Shown piece after piece: positions 17,838 to 26,049 of a stretch of 31,184 nt of DNA. Origin of the DNA: Candidatus Micrarchaeia archaeon (GTDB lineage Archaea > Micrarchaeota > Micrarchaeia > CAILAH01); NCBI GenBank assembly GCA_038874595.1, contig JAVZCB010000003.1, forward strand, positions 123,342 through 154,525, read 5' to 3'. Position 1 is the first letter of the stretch. Every line of letters starts with the position of its first letter. Position numbers and translations under genes: made by a program. The notes under the pieces are model-generated. The model worked only from the letters and a program-made list of their open reading frames with translations. It searched no databases and had not been told where the DNA came from.

Positions 17838-17864
17838 CCACCTCTACTGATGTCTCATCGGTAG
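17838..17864 (-). promoter_or_regulatory. Kink-turn in the rpl7ae 5' UTR covering the Shine-Dalgarno sequence (autoregulatory site)
   Basis: Minus strand CTACC-GAT-GA-GAC-ATCA-GTA-GA-GGTGG: C-stem CTACC/GGTGG, 3-nt bulge, tandem G.A pairs; SD GAGGTGG ends 4 nt before the ATG. Confidence 0.75.
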
Positions 17865-17985
17865 TGTTTTGTGTTAAAGCGCGCTAATATTATAAACATT
17901 CCTTTGCCTTCCGCAGCCCATCCACACCAAAGGTTTGTTGGCAGAAGCAATTCCTATATATAAATATTACAGCAAATTATACATC

Positions 17986-18726
17986 GTGGCAAAAGTTGTT
18001 CTGGCCATTACGCGCCATAAGAAGAGGCTAAAGAAGGTCAAGTATATCTCGCTTAGGCTGGGCAGAGACGTATTTGCATACCCGCTGTTAGCGAAGGCGG
18101 ACTTAAAATCGCTTGGCATACCTGACATACAGCTTTTTGATTCTGAAGTAGATGATGCTAGGCTTGAATTGCGCAATACCAAATACCTGCAAAGCAAGAT
18201 GATACACATCACTGTCGGGAACGAGACATTTAGCAGTACATTATATGATGAGCTGCAAACACTTATAGACTGGCTCGGGTACGGCGCGTGCGAGAGCGAG
18301 AAGGATGAGTTTATGAACAGGGCAACATCGCTCAAGAACGAGCTTGAGCCGATTGCGCATTACCTGTTTGACACGCAGGTAAAGGAGCGCATATTCCAAT
18401 TCTTCGTTAATTTCAAGGATATCAAGCAGTCAGCCGACCCGTACCACGATAAGCGCAGGAACCTTACACGGCTTGGCAACGAGAGCTCAAAACAGTTTAA
18501 GGATTCAATAATGGAGATACTAAGGAAGCCGCGTGAGCTCGAGGAGATTATCCAGCTCACCAAAGTTAATGAGTCAAACGCCCGCAGGTGGCTCCTGAAG
18601 CTTGAAAGCCAGGGAATAGTGACAAAGACACGAAAAAGAATGGGTATAGGCAGGCCTAAGAACATCTATTACTTATCACACCGTCTCCAGCTCCCCGCAA
18701 ACGGCAACAGCAGTGAGCAGCAATAA
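17986..18726 (+). CDS. Putative transcriptional regulator: unknown N-terminal domain plus C-terminal winged HTH
   Basis: LEEIIQLTKVNESNARRWLLKLESQGIVTKTRKRMGIGRPKNIYYL. TATA box (TATATAAA ~17956) favours GTG 17986 as start. Confidence 0.7.
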   Translation: MAKVVLAITRHKKRLKKVKYISLRLGRDVFAYPLLAKADLKSLGIPDIQLFDSEVDDARLELRNTKYLQSKMIHITVGNETFSSTLYDELQTLIDWLGYGACESEKDEFMNRATSLKNELEPIAHYLFDTQVKERIFQFFVNFKDIKQSADPYHDKRRNLTRLGNESSKQFKDSIMEILRKPRELEEIIQLTKVNESNARRWLLKLESQGIVTKTRKRMGIGRPKNIYYLSHRLQLPANGNSSEQQ

Positions 18727-18741
18727 TTCATAGCATACTAT

Positions 18742-19260
18742 TTATTTCCTGATAATCTTCATCTTTCTGAAAATGGCCCGCGCCTTGGCCTTTACTGTAG
18801 GGCCTACTCTTATGTAAACGAGCCCCTCACCCGGCTGCCCATAAATCACTATATCCCCTTTCCTGCATTTCATTATTGCAACAAGTGCCAGCAGGTCCTC
18901 TTCCCCATCAACACTAATGCAACACGTATCTTTTCCTGCAAGTGCAGACTCAAGGGCAATACGCGCGGCCTCGCTTATCATGCCTGCAGCGTTCCTTACG
19001 TGATATACCTTATTATAATTCTGCAAAATCTCCCTGGTAAGGCTTTTCCTCACACTCCTGCGCAGGCTCCTCCCATCGCAAATTGATATTGCAGGAATAA
19101 TACCCTCCCTAATAAGCGCAAGTGAGCATATATCCCCTACACATACAATCTTGCCGTGGGCTTTTTTTAGGCTTGATATTACCTGTTTTGTTTGCATAAC
19201 CTTTCCGAACGGCCTACGCAGCTTTTTTCTAAGCCCATCATCAATAACCCTTGCGCGCAT
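18742..19260 (-). CDS. GTP-dependent dephospho-CoA kinase (DUF359 family)
   Basis: LRRPFG, VGDI, DGRSLR, NAAGMIS, VDGEEDLLAL, YGQPGEGLV. Confidence 0.93.
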   Translation of the reverse strand: MRARVIDDGLRKKLRRPFGKVMQTKQVISSLKKAHGKIVCVGDICSLALIREGIIPAISICDGRSLRRSVRKSLTREILQNYNKVYHVRNAAGMISEAARIALESALAGKDTCCISVDGEEDLLALVAIMKCRKGDIVIYGQPGEGLVYIRVGPTVKAKARAIFRKMKIIRK

Positions 19261-19311
19261 CAAGAAGTTTTCAGCTGTTCAATATATAAGGTTTCAATGT
19301 GTAATTATTTT

Positions 19312-19764
19312 ATGAACACGCTTCAGAAAGATATGCGCGTCTCCGACTTAATGCGGAAGGAAGTTGTTGTGATACCCGATTATGCAACGGTGCGCGACGC
19401 AGCCATAAAGATGCGCGATAAGGATATCGGCTCGGTTGTGATAGTTAAGGACAATCACGGTATAGGCATACTCACCGATAGGGATATCGTTGTGCGTGTA
19501 GTATCCTCAATGAAAGACCCTGAGATGATACTCGTGCGTGAGATAATGTCCAAAAATATTATCTCCATAGATATGGATGCATCCATAAACGATGCTGCAG
19601 CACTTATGGTAAAGCACAGTATCAAGAAACTCCCTGTAACAGACAAAAGTGGAAACCTGGTGGGCATACTTACTTATACGGACCTGCTCCGTGCATACCC
19701 GAGCTATGTTGAAGTGCTCAGGGAGATTGTGCTTGCAAACACGGGTGGGGACGTACACATATGA
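19312..19764 (+). CDS. CBS-domain pair protein
   Basis: VSDLMRKEVV...DAAIKMRDKDIGSVVI...GILTDRDIV and a second CBS repeat (IKKLPV...GILTYTDL). Confidence 0.93.
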   Translation: MNTLQKDMRVSDLMRKEVVVIPDYATVRDAAIKMRDKDIGSVVIVKDNHGIGILTDRDIVVRVVSSMKDPEMILVREIMSKNIISIDMDASINDAAALMVKHSIKKLPVTDKSGNLVGILTYTDLLRAYPSYVEVLREIVLANTGGDVHI

Positions 19765-20825
19765 CCAGTTCATTCTTGAAACTGCCAGAGGGGCTTGAAG
19801 CATCGCTCAGGGACAAGCTGGGCGCGGCGTTTGAAAGCGAGCTTGCAAAGGTTATGGCTGATTATGCAGACATGATTGACAGGAAGGCCGCGCTTTACAT
19901 ACTTGGGATTGAGCACGGGCTCGTGCAGAAACGTAAAAAGTCTATCGTGTCATTTACAGAGCTCAGTGAGGATGAGCAGAGCGTCTCGTTCAGTGCGCGT
20001 GTGCAGAAGGTCTTTGTACCGTTTGAGAGCAGGCAACACCGTACACTGCGCATCTTGCTTTCTGATAGTAAGGGCGGTGAGAAAGTATTGGTGTTATGGG
20101 ATACAAAAGTTGATGAGGCACTCTCAAAACGTCTGGAACAGGGCGATACACTAATTATAGATAATGCATATTACAGGAACGGTGAGCTGCACGCCGGCCA
20201 GTATTCTGCGCTTACAGTAGATAAGAAAGATAAGATAACCCCGCTCTCTAAGGTTACCGATGGCAGGTGTAACGTAGCTGTCAGGTTAGTCTCACCTGTG
20301 GGAACCCGCACCTATATCCGCAATAATGAGGAAAAGCAGATGGCGAGCGGGTTTGTTGCAGATGATACTGGCAGGGTACGGTTTGTCGCGTGGAACGGTG
20401 CGGTGGCTAAGATAAGTGATGCAAAAGTTGGTGATGTGCTGAGGGTATACGGGGCACTTTTCAAGAACGGCGAGTTGCACATAAACGAGTTCTCGCGGGT
20501 TGAGCTCAACCCAGAAGGTTGTATCGTGCTGAGCAGGGTTGAGGAGGTTTTTGATGGGGTGCGGTGTGCATTCACCGGCAAGATAATTTCGGCGTTTGAC
20601 AGTGATGGCAGGTTGTATATTGTATCCCGTACGGATAACAAGGATGTAAAGGTATTTGTAGGTGCAAACGCTTTGAAGGGCATAATAGAAGGCCTCAGCC
20701 CCGATATTGATATTCAGGTGGCAGGCCTCTTGAAACTCAAATCACTCATAGGCAAGGAATGTATACTGGAAGGCAAGATGGATGAGAATGGCGTTTTTGA
20801 GTGCACATCGCTGATTATAGAGTAG
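19761..20825 (+). CDS. Replication protein A-like multi-OB-fold ssDNA-binding protein
   Basis: OB-fold motifs LSDSKGGEKVLVLWD and VADDTGRVRFVAWN...GDVLRV...ELHINEFSRV; N-terminal IDRKAALYILG helix. Confidence 0.82.
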   Translation: MTSSFLKLPEGLEASLRDKLGAAFESELAKVMADYADMIDRKAALYILGIEHGLVQKRKKSIVSFTELSEDEQSVSFSARVQKVFVPFESRQHRTLRILLSDSKGGEKVLVLWDTKVDEALSKRLEQGDTLIIDNAYYRNGELHAGQYSALTVDKKDKITPLSKVTDGRCNVAVRLVSPVGTRTYIRNNEEKQMASGFVADDTGRVRFVAWNGAVAKISDAKVGDVLRVYGALFKNGELHINEFSRVELNPEGCIVLSRVEEVFDGVRCAFTGKIISAFDSDGRLYIVSRTDNKDVKVFVGANALKGIIEGLSPDIDIQVAGLLKLKSLIGKECILEGKMDENGVFECTSLIIE

Positions 20826-20919
20826 TTTGTGCGCCTAACAATAAACGTGCTGTTAATGCAGGCCGATATGTGGCGGGGCGGATGTGAAAGGCATATATAT
20901 GTTTTATGCATTAATACTA

Positions 20920-21708
20920 ATGATGGAAGTGGAGAGTGGAGCATCCGGTATTATTATGGATGAGCAGCAGGTGCCATCTAATGGCAGTCTTGATTTCATC
21001 AAGTTTGTTGAGAACCCTACCTGGAAGGATGTGCTTCTTGGCCTCGTTAACAGTGAGCAGATAGACCCGTGGAACATCGATATTGCAGATATCACTGCAA
21101 AGTACCTTGAGGTTATTAAGGATATGGAACGGCTTGACCTGCACATCCCAGCCAACCTTATCCTGGCAGCAGCAATCCTTGTAAGGATAAAGAGTGAGGC
21201 GCTGGTGTTCAAGGAGTATTATGAAAGTGACTTCCTGAATGATATCCCGCCAGAGCTTAATTTTAATATCGGGTTTACCAATATTGAGAGTGTCCCAGAA
21301 CTTTCGTTTAAGGCCAAGTTCCCGAAGAAGAGAAAGGTGACTTTACAAGAGCTTCTTGATGCTGTTGAGGATGCGCTTGCCAGCGAGCTCAAGCACGAGA
21401 CGGCACGTACCGTGCGCAGGCCGCTCACATCCGCAGACCTTGGTCTTGAAATTGAGAAGATAGATGTTGAGAAGCTGATAAGTGATAAGTATTCACAGAT
21501 ACTCTCAAGCGCCGACCAGTACGGGCTTGTGAAATTTTCAGACATTGCAGGTGATACACCCATAGATGCTGTGCGCTCGCTCCTAGCAGTCCTTTACCTG
21601 CGCTCATATGAGGTTATTGACCTGGAGCAGGCAAAGTTCTTCGGCGATATAATTGTGAAGGTAATCGATAAGGAGAAAGACCTTGCAAAAATAAACCTCA
21701 CAATATAA
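20920..21708 (+). CDS. scpA: Segregation and condensation protein A (kleisin)
   Basis: IDPWNIDIADITAKYL, AAAILVRIKSE, RKVTLQELL, LEQAKFFGDI. Start uncertain (20920-20956). Confidence 0.93.
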   Translation: MMEVESGASGIIMDEQQVPSNGSLDFIKFVENPTWKDVLLGLVNSEQIDPWNIDIADITAKYLEVIKDMERLDLHIPANLILAAAILVRIKSEALVFKEYYESDFLNDIPPELNFNIGFTNIESVPELSFKAKFPKKRKVTLQELLDAVEDALASELKHETARTVRRPLTSADLGLEIEKIDVEKLISDKYSQILSSADQYGLVKFSDIAGDTPIDAVRSLLAVLYLRSYEVIDLEQAKFFGDIIVKVIDKEKDLAKINLTI

Positions 21709-21774
21709 AATAGTGTAATCCAGCCATCCAGGCGCGGTTTTTAACCTTAATATTGCCTGATTTAAAGCTCACGC

Positions 21775-23070
21775 TTAAGGCTTGTATCTCTCAATCGTCC
21801 TTGGGAATGCGATCGCATCCTTGATTGTTTCTAGGCCACATATCCACCTGACAACACGCTCCACACCAAGGCCGAACCCGCCGTGCGGCACACTGCCATA
21901 CCTTCTCGTGTCCAGGTAGAACTCATACTGCGCCGGGTCCTCACCCTGCTCAACGAGTCTCTCCCTGATTTTAGTGATATCGTGCTCCCTCTGTGACCCG
22001 CCTATTATTTCACCGTATCCCTCAGGAGCCAGGAAATCACAACCCAGCACAACATCGCTATTCTTCGGGTCCTCCATCATATAGAACGCCTTCACTTTCT
22101 TCGGGTACCGTGTGCATATGATAGGCACATCATACAGCGTTGTAAGCTTCTCCTCCTCAATCGTTCGCAGGTCCTTCCCCCATTCAATCTCCATCCCGAA
22201 CTTGCTCTTGAGCACTTCGAGCGCTTTGGTATACGTCATCCTCACGAACGGTTTCTCAATCACCGGCTTAAGTTTTGAAGTATCCCTACCAAGAGTTTTC
22301 AATTCTTGGCCGTTCTTCTCAAGCACTTTCCTAACTATATGCTTGATGCACCCCTCACCGTAATTTTGTATATCCTCAAAATCCGCCCATGCAACTTCCA
22401 TCTCAGCGTGCCAGTACTCTGTCAGGTGCCTGCTCGTCTTGCTCTTTTCTGCCCTGAACGATGGTGCAATCGTGTATATCTTCTCAAGCGCAAATATTGC
22501 GGGCTCAGCGTAAAGCTGCCACGTCTGTGCAAGGAACACGTCCTTTCTCCCAAAATAATCTACCCGGAACAGCTCGCTCCCACCCTCACACTGCACCGCC
22601 TGGAATATGGGGGACTGGTATTCATAGAACCCCTCATTCCTGAAATACTCGTGTATTGCATTAAACACAGTGCTCCTTATTTTTAGCACGGCAGTCATCT
22701 TTGAGCTCCTGAGCCACAGGTGCCTGTTATCAGCAAGGAACTCAATCGATTGGTCCTTTGTAATCGGGAAGTTCTCGCTTTTCCCTATAATCTCGTATTC
22801 TTTGACCTTTATTTCATACCCAGTTGGCGCCCTCTCATCTCTTCTTACAGTACCTCTTATTACAATTGAAGTTTCAACCTGCAAGTGGTCTATCTCATCC
22901 CATCTCTCCTCAAAATTATCCCTGCTGAAAACGCACTGTATATGTGCGCTTGAATCGCGCAACACAATGAACTTGAGCCTATTGCTGCCACGCTCGCGGT
23001 GAATCCAGCCCCTAACTTCTGCATCCTTCCCGTCCATCTCAGTCCTCAGCACTTCATTTATCTGCATCAT
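21775..23070 (-). CDS. asnS: Asparaginyl-tRNA synthetase
   Basis: RHLWLRS, FLAQTWQLY, FRAEKSKTSRHLTEYWHAEME, APEGYGEIIGGSQRE, YGSVPHGGFGLGVER. Confidence 0.95.
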   Translation of the reverse strand: MMQINEVLRTEMDGKDAEVRGWIHRERGSNRLKFIVLRDSSAHIQCVFSRDNFEERWDEIDHLQVETSIVIRGTVRRDERAPTGYEIKVKEYEIIGKSENFPITKDQSIEFLADNRHLWLRSSKMTAVLKIRSTVFNAIHEYFRNEGFYEYQSPIFQAVQCEGGSELFRVDYFGRKDVFLAQTWQLYAEPAIFALEKIYTIAPSFRAEKSKTSRHLTEYWHAEMEVAWADFEDIQNYGEGCIKHIVRKVLEKNGQELKTLGRDTSKLKPVIEKPFVRMTYTKALEVLKSKFGMEIEWGKDLRTIEEEKLTTLYDVPIICTRYPKKVKAFYMMEDPKNSDVVLGCDFLAPEGYGEIIGGSQREHDITKIRERLVEQGEDPAQYEFYLDTRRYGSVPHGGFGLGVERVVRWICGLETIKDAIAFPRTIERYKP

Positions 23071-23090
23071 GGATGAGATTATGCCTATGA

Positions 23091-23100
23091 GATTTAAAAA
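23091..23100. promoter_or_regulatory. Candidate shared bidirectional TATA box for asnS and aspS
   Basis: Palindromic TTTAAA (23093-23098) lies ~23 nt from the asnS ATG and ~26 nt from the aspS ATG, in a 53-bp intergenic region. Confidence 0.55.
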
Positions 23101-23123
23101 CTATTGACGCCTAAATCTGCCTT

Positions 23124-24419
23124 ATGAGGAGCCATTACATTTCCGATGCGGCCCGGCTTGAGGACGGGGCAGAGGTAACCCTTGGCGGCTGGCTGCATGA
23201 GATACGTGACATTAAGAAAATCGTATTCGCAATTTTAAGGGATAAGACGGGATTTATACAGATAACTGCAAAAAGGGGCGAAGTCCCAGATACAGTAGTT
23301 GATATGCTTGTACAGCCCAAGGAAACAGTTGTGGTAGTTAAAGGCAGGATTGCGCGCGGGAAAGGCGCTAAGGCCGGTGTTGAGCTAATACCATCACATA
23401 TCGAAGTTTTAGGGAAAGTGTATGGTAAGGTGCCATTTGACATTGCCGAAAAGGATAAATTGCCAGATTTGGATGTGCGCCTTGATAACAGGCACGTTGA
23501 CTTGCGCAGGCCTGAAGTGCAGGCGATATTCAGGGTGCGTGCAACTGTGCAGCAGGCGTTCCGCGAGTACCTGATTTCCGAGGGGTTTGATGAGATTGTT
23601 CCCACAGCTATTGTGGGTGCTGCAACGGAAGGCGGTGCTGAGCTGTTCCCCATAGTGTACTTTAACAGGGAGGCGTTTCTTGCGCAGTCACCGCAGCTCT
23701 ATAAGCAGATGGCAGTTATAGGTGGGATGGATAAGGTGTTTATGCAGTGCCTAGTTTACCGTGCAGAGCCGCACTCGACAACCACACATCTCAACGAGGC
23801 GTACCAAATGGATATAGAGATGGGGTTTGCTGATGATAATGATGTGATGGATGTTGAGGAGGAAGTGCTGAAACACATATTAAAATCTGTGTCTGAGAAG
23901 AGGCGTGCCGAATTGGAGCTGCTCAAAGCAGAGGTTAAAGTACCATCATCCATCCCTAGGTTTACATACTCACAGCTGGTTGATAAGCTGCGTGCCAACG
24001 GTGAGAAAATCGAATGGGGTGATGATTTCAGTAGGGCGCATGAGAAGATGCTCGGTGAGCTCGTTGGCAGCGAGGCATATTTCATAACCAAGTGGCCGAC
24101 CCGGCTGCGCGCATTTTACTCAATGCCTTCAAGTGATAATGTTGAGGTATGCAATGCGTTTGACCTAATATATAGGGGGCTTGAAATCTCTTCAGGTGCA
24201 CAGCGTATCCACGACCCCGAGCTGCTCGTACAGCAGATACGAAGCAGGGGGATGAACCCGGACAACTTTGACTTTTATGTGCGGGCATTCCGTGCAGGTG
24301 CACCGCCTCACGCGGGGTGGAGCATAGGCGCTGAGCGGCTCACAATGAAGATATGCGGCCTTGACAACATCAGGGAGGCAACACTATTCCCACGCGATAT
24401 GAACAGGATATTCCCATAA
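23124..24419 (+). CDS. aspS: Aspartyl-tRNA synthetase (archaeal type)
   Basis: RLDNRHVDLR, ATEGGAELF, AQSPQLYKQ, EISSGAQRIHD, GAPPHAG, FPRD. Confidence 0.96.
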   Translation: MRSHYISDAARLEDGAEVTLGGWLHEIRDIKKIVFAILRDKTGFIQITAKRGEVPDTVVDMLVQPKETVVVVKGRIARGKGAKAGVELIPSHIEVLGKVYGKVPFDIAEKDKLPDLDVRLDNRHVDLRRPEVQAIFRVRATVQQAFREYLISEGFDEIVPTAIVGAATEGGAELFPIVYFNREAFLAQSPQLYKQMAVIGGMDKVFMQCLVYRAEPHSTTTHLNEAYQMDIEMGFADDNDVMDVEEEVLKHILKSVSEKRRAELELLKAEVKVPSSIPRFTYSQLVDKLRANGEKIEWGDDFSRAHEKMLGELVGSEAYFITKWPTRLRAFYSMPSSDNVEVCNAFDLIYRGLEISSGAQRIHDPELLVQQIRSRGMNPDNFDFYVRAFRAGAPPHAGWSIGAERLTMKICGLDNIREATLFPRDMNRIFP

Positions 24420-24471
24420 GTTTTATGCGTTTCTTATAACCTTTTTATAGTTTGTCCCGTATCCTTTACTC

Positions 24472-25212
24472 ATGACAGGAATAAACCTTGTATTGTTTGA
24501 TAAGAAGCCTAAATACAGCGGTTATACGCTTATTGAAGGGTTCCCGGGGTATGGGCTGGTCGGCACGATAGCTGTTAATTTTCTGGTTGAGAAGTTCAAT
24601 ATGGAGCTTATTGGTTATGCGGAATCACCTCTTTTCCCACCAATCGTTGCGATTCACGATACAGTCCCTCTCCCACCGTTGAGGATTTACAAATCCGACA
24701 AGTATAAGCTGCTCATCGTAATGTCAGAGTTTGTAATGTCAATGAAAGCGGTGCACGCAATGGCAGATGTGATTTATGATTGGTGCCAGAAGAATAACGT
24801 GCGCAGGATAATATCACTTGGCGGCATTTCAATCTCCGGTAAGCAGGATGAGGTGTTTGGGATTACATCCGACCCAAAAGAGGTTAAGATGTTTTATAAG
24901 TATGGCATACTCCCTATCAAGGAGGGCGCAACCACAGGCATAAATGCGTTGCTGTTACAGAAGGCTGCAATGGGCGGTAAAGTCCCGGTGATATCTTTCC
25001 TTGCAGAAGCAAAGCCGGACTATGTTGACCCGCTCGGTGCTGCAATGGTGCTTACATCCCTATCAGATTATCTTGGGATACAGATTGATACAACAGAGCT
25101 TGTAAAAGAGGCAATGATTATTGAATCAAAGCTCAGGAAGAATTTAGAGGCAGTGAAAAAGGCCGAAACGACGTTTAAGGATACTGCATCAACAGGCGGG
25201 ATGTATGCATAA
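24472..25212 (+). CDS. Proteasome assembly chaperone (PAC2 family)
   Basis: EGFPGYGLVGTIA, PPLRIY, ISLGG, DPLGAA; C-terminal HbYX-like motif MYA. Confidence 0.92.
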   Translation: MTGINLVLFDKKPKYSGYTLIEGFPGYGLVGTIAVNFLVEKFNMELIGYAESPLFPPIVAIHDTVPLPPLRIYKSDKYKLLIVMSEFVMSMKAVHAMADVIYDWCQKNNVRRIISLGGISISGKQDEVFGITSDPKEVKMFYKYGILPIKEGATTGINALLLQKAAMGGKVPVISFLAEAKPDYVDPLGAAMVLTSLSDYLGIQIDTTELVKEAMIIESKLRKNLEAVKKAETTFKDTASTGGMYA

Positions 25213-25471
25213 TCCGGATGTGCCCGTGCAATAGATTAGCTTATATACACATACACATATGATGATGTATGCATAATCCTGGATATGCCTGTGCAATAGA
25301 TTAGCTTATATGCACATACACATATGATGATGTATGCATAATCCTGGACATGCCTGTGCAATAGATTAACTTATATGCACATACACATATGATGATGTAT
25401 GCATAATCCTGGACATGCCTGTGCAATAGATTAACTTATATGCACATACACGTATCGGAATGCATGCATAA
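25200..25471 (+). repeat. 64-65-bp tandem array (4 units plus terminal 12-bp copy) starting at the PAC2 stop codon
   Basis: Units begin GATGTATGCATAATCC at 25200, 25264, 25329 and 25394; closing ATGCATGCATAA at 25460; a few substitutions between units. Confidence 0.95.
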
Positions 25472-25525
25472 CTCTTGTTTTATTTTTAATATTAATCCTG
25501 TTTATAACTAGCTTGTATAGCAAAT

Positions 25526-25893
25526 GCAGGGGTGGCGGAGCCCGGTCAAGCCATGCTGGCCAAAAGCAAGCTTTTGCAGCCACATCGGCTCCGGAAAAAC
25601 GCGCCGGATTTAGGAAGAAGGGTGGAAGTGAGTACCCTTCCCCCCTTCTCAACCCACCTATCCCCTTGAGAGCGGAAGCGGTGTGTGAAAGAGGTGGAAG
25701 TGAGTACCCTTCCCCCCTTCTCAACCCACCTATCCCCTTGAGAGCGGAAGCGGTGTGTGAAAGAGGTGGAAGTGAGTACCCTTCCCCCCTTCTCAACCCA
25801 CCTATCCCCCTCAAAGGAGCTGGGTTGCATCTTCATAGATGTAAAAAGTCCGGTCCCCTAGCGGGTTCGCCAGTTCAAATCTGGCCCCCTGCA
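25526..25893 (+). tRNA. tRNA-Leu(TAG) with two introns (D-loop 25548-25596; anticodon loop 25615-25847)
   Basis: Acceptor stem GCAGGGG/CCCCTGC plus A73. D-loop intron has a clear bulge-helix-bulge (CCGG-TCA-AGCC / GGCT-CCGG-AAA). Anticodon arm CCGGA-TT-TAG-G|G-TCCGG with TTTA/TAAA central helix; long variable arm; T arm GCCAG-TTCAAAT-CTGGC. Confidence 0.88.
25621..25809 (+). repeat. Perfect 72-bp tandem repeat (45-bp R x3, 27-bp S x2) inside the tRNA-Leu anticodon intron
   Basis: GGTGGAAGTGAGTACCCTTCC...CCTATCCCC at 25621, 25693 and 25765. Confidence 0.95.
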
Positions 25894-26049
25894 CTTTATC
25901 CACACCTCTAAGCATCAGCCGATAACTCGCGGTTTGTGCTTAGCAGGTGAGCCTCATCACCGCTTTTTTAAGAGGCATCCGTTAAAGTGTAGAGTCTAAG
26001 AATCTGCACGTACGGGAACAATTAAAAATGTGCACGATAAAAGAGCAAT

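Noticed and set aside
25431-25911. ORFs with 24-aa repeats on both strands
   Set aside because: They are by-products of the 72-bp repeat within the tRNA-Leu intron and cross tRNA exons.
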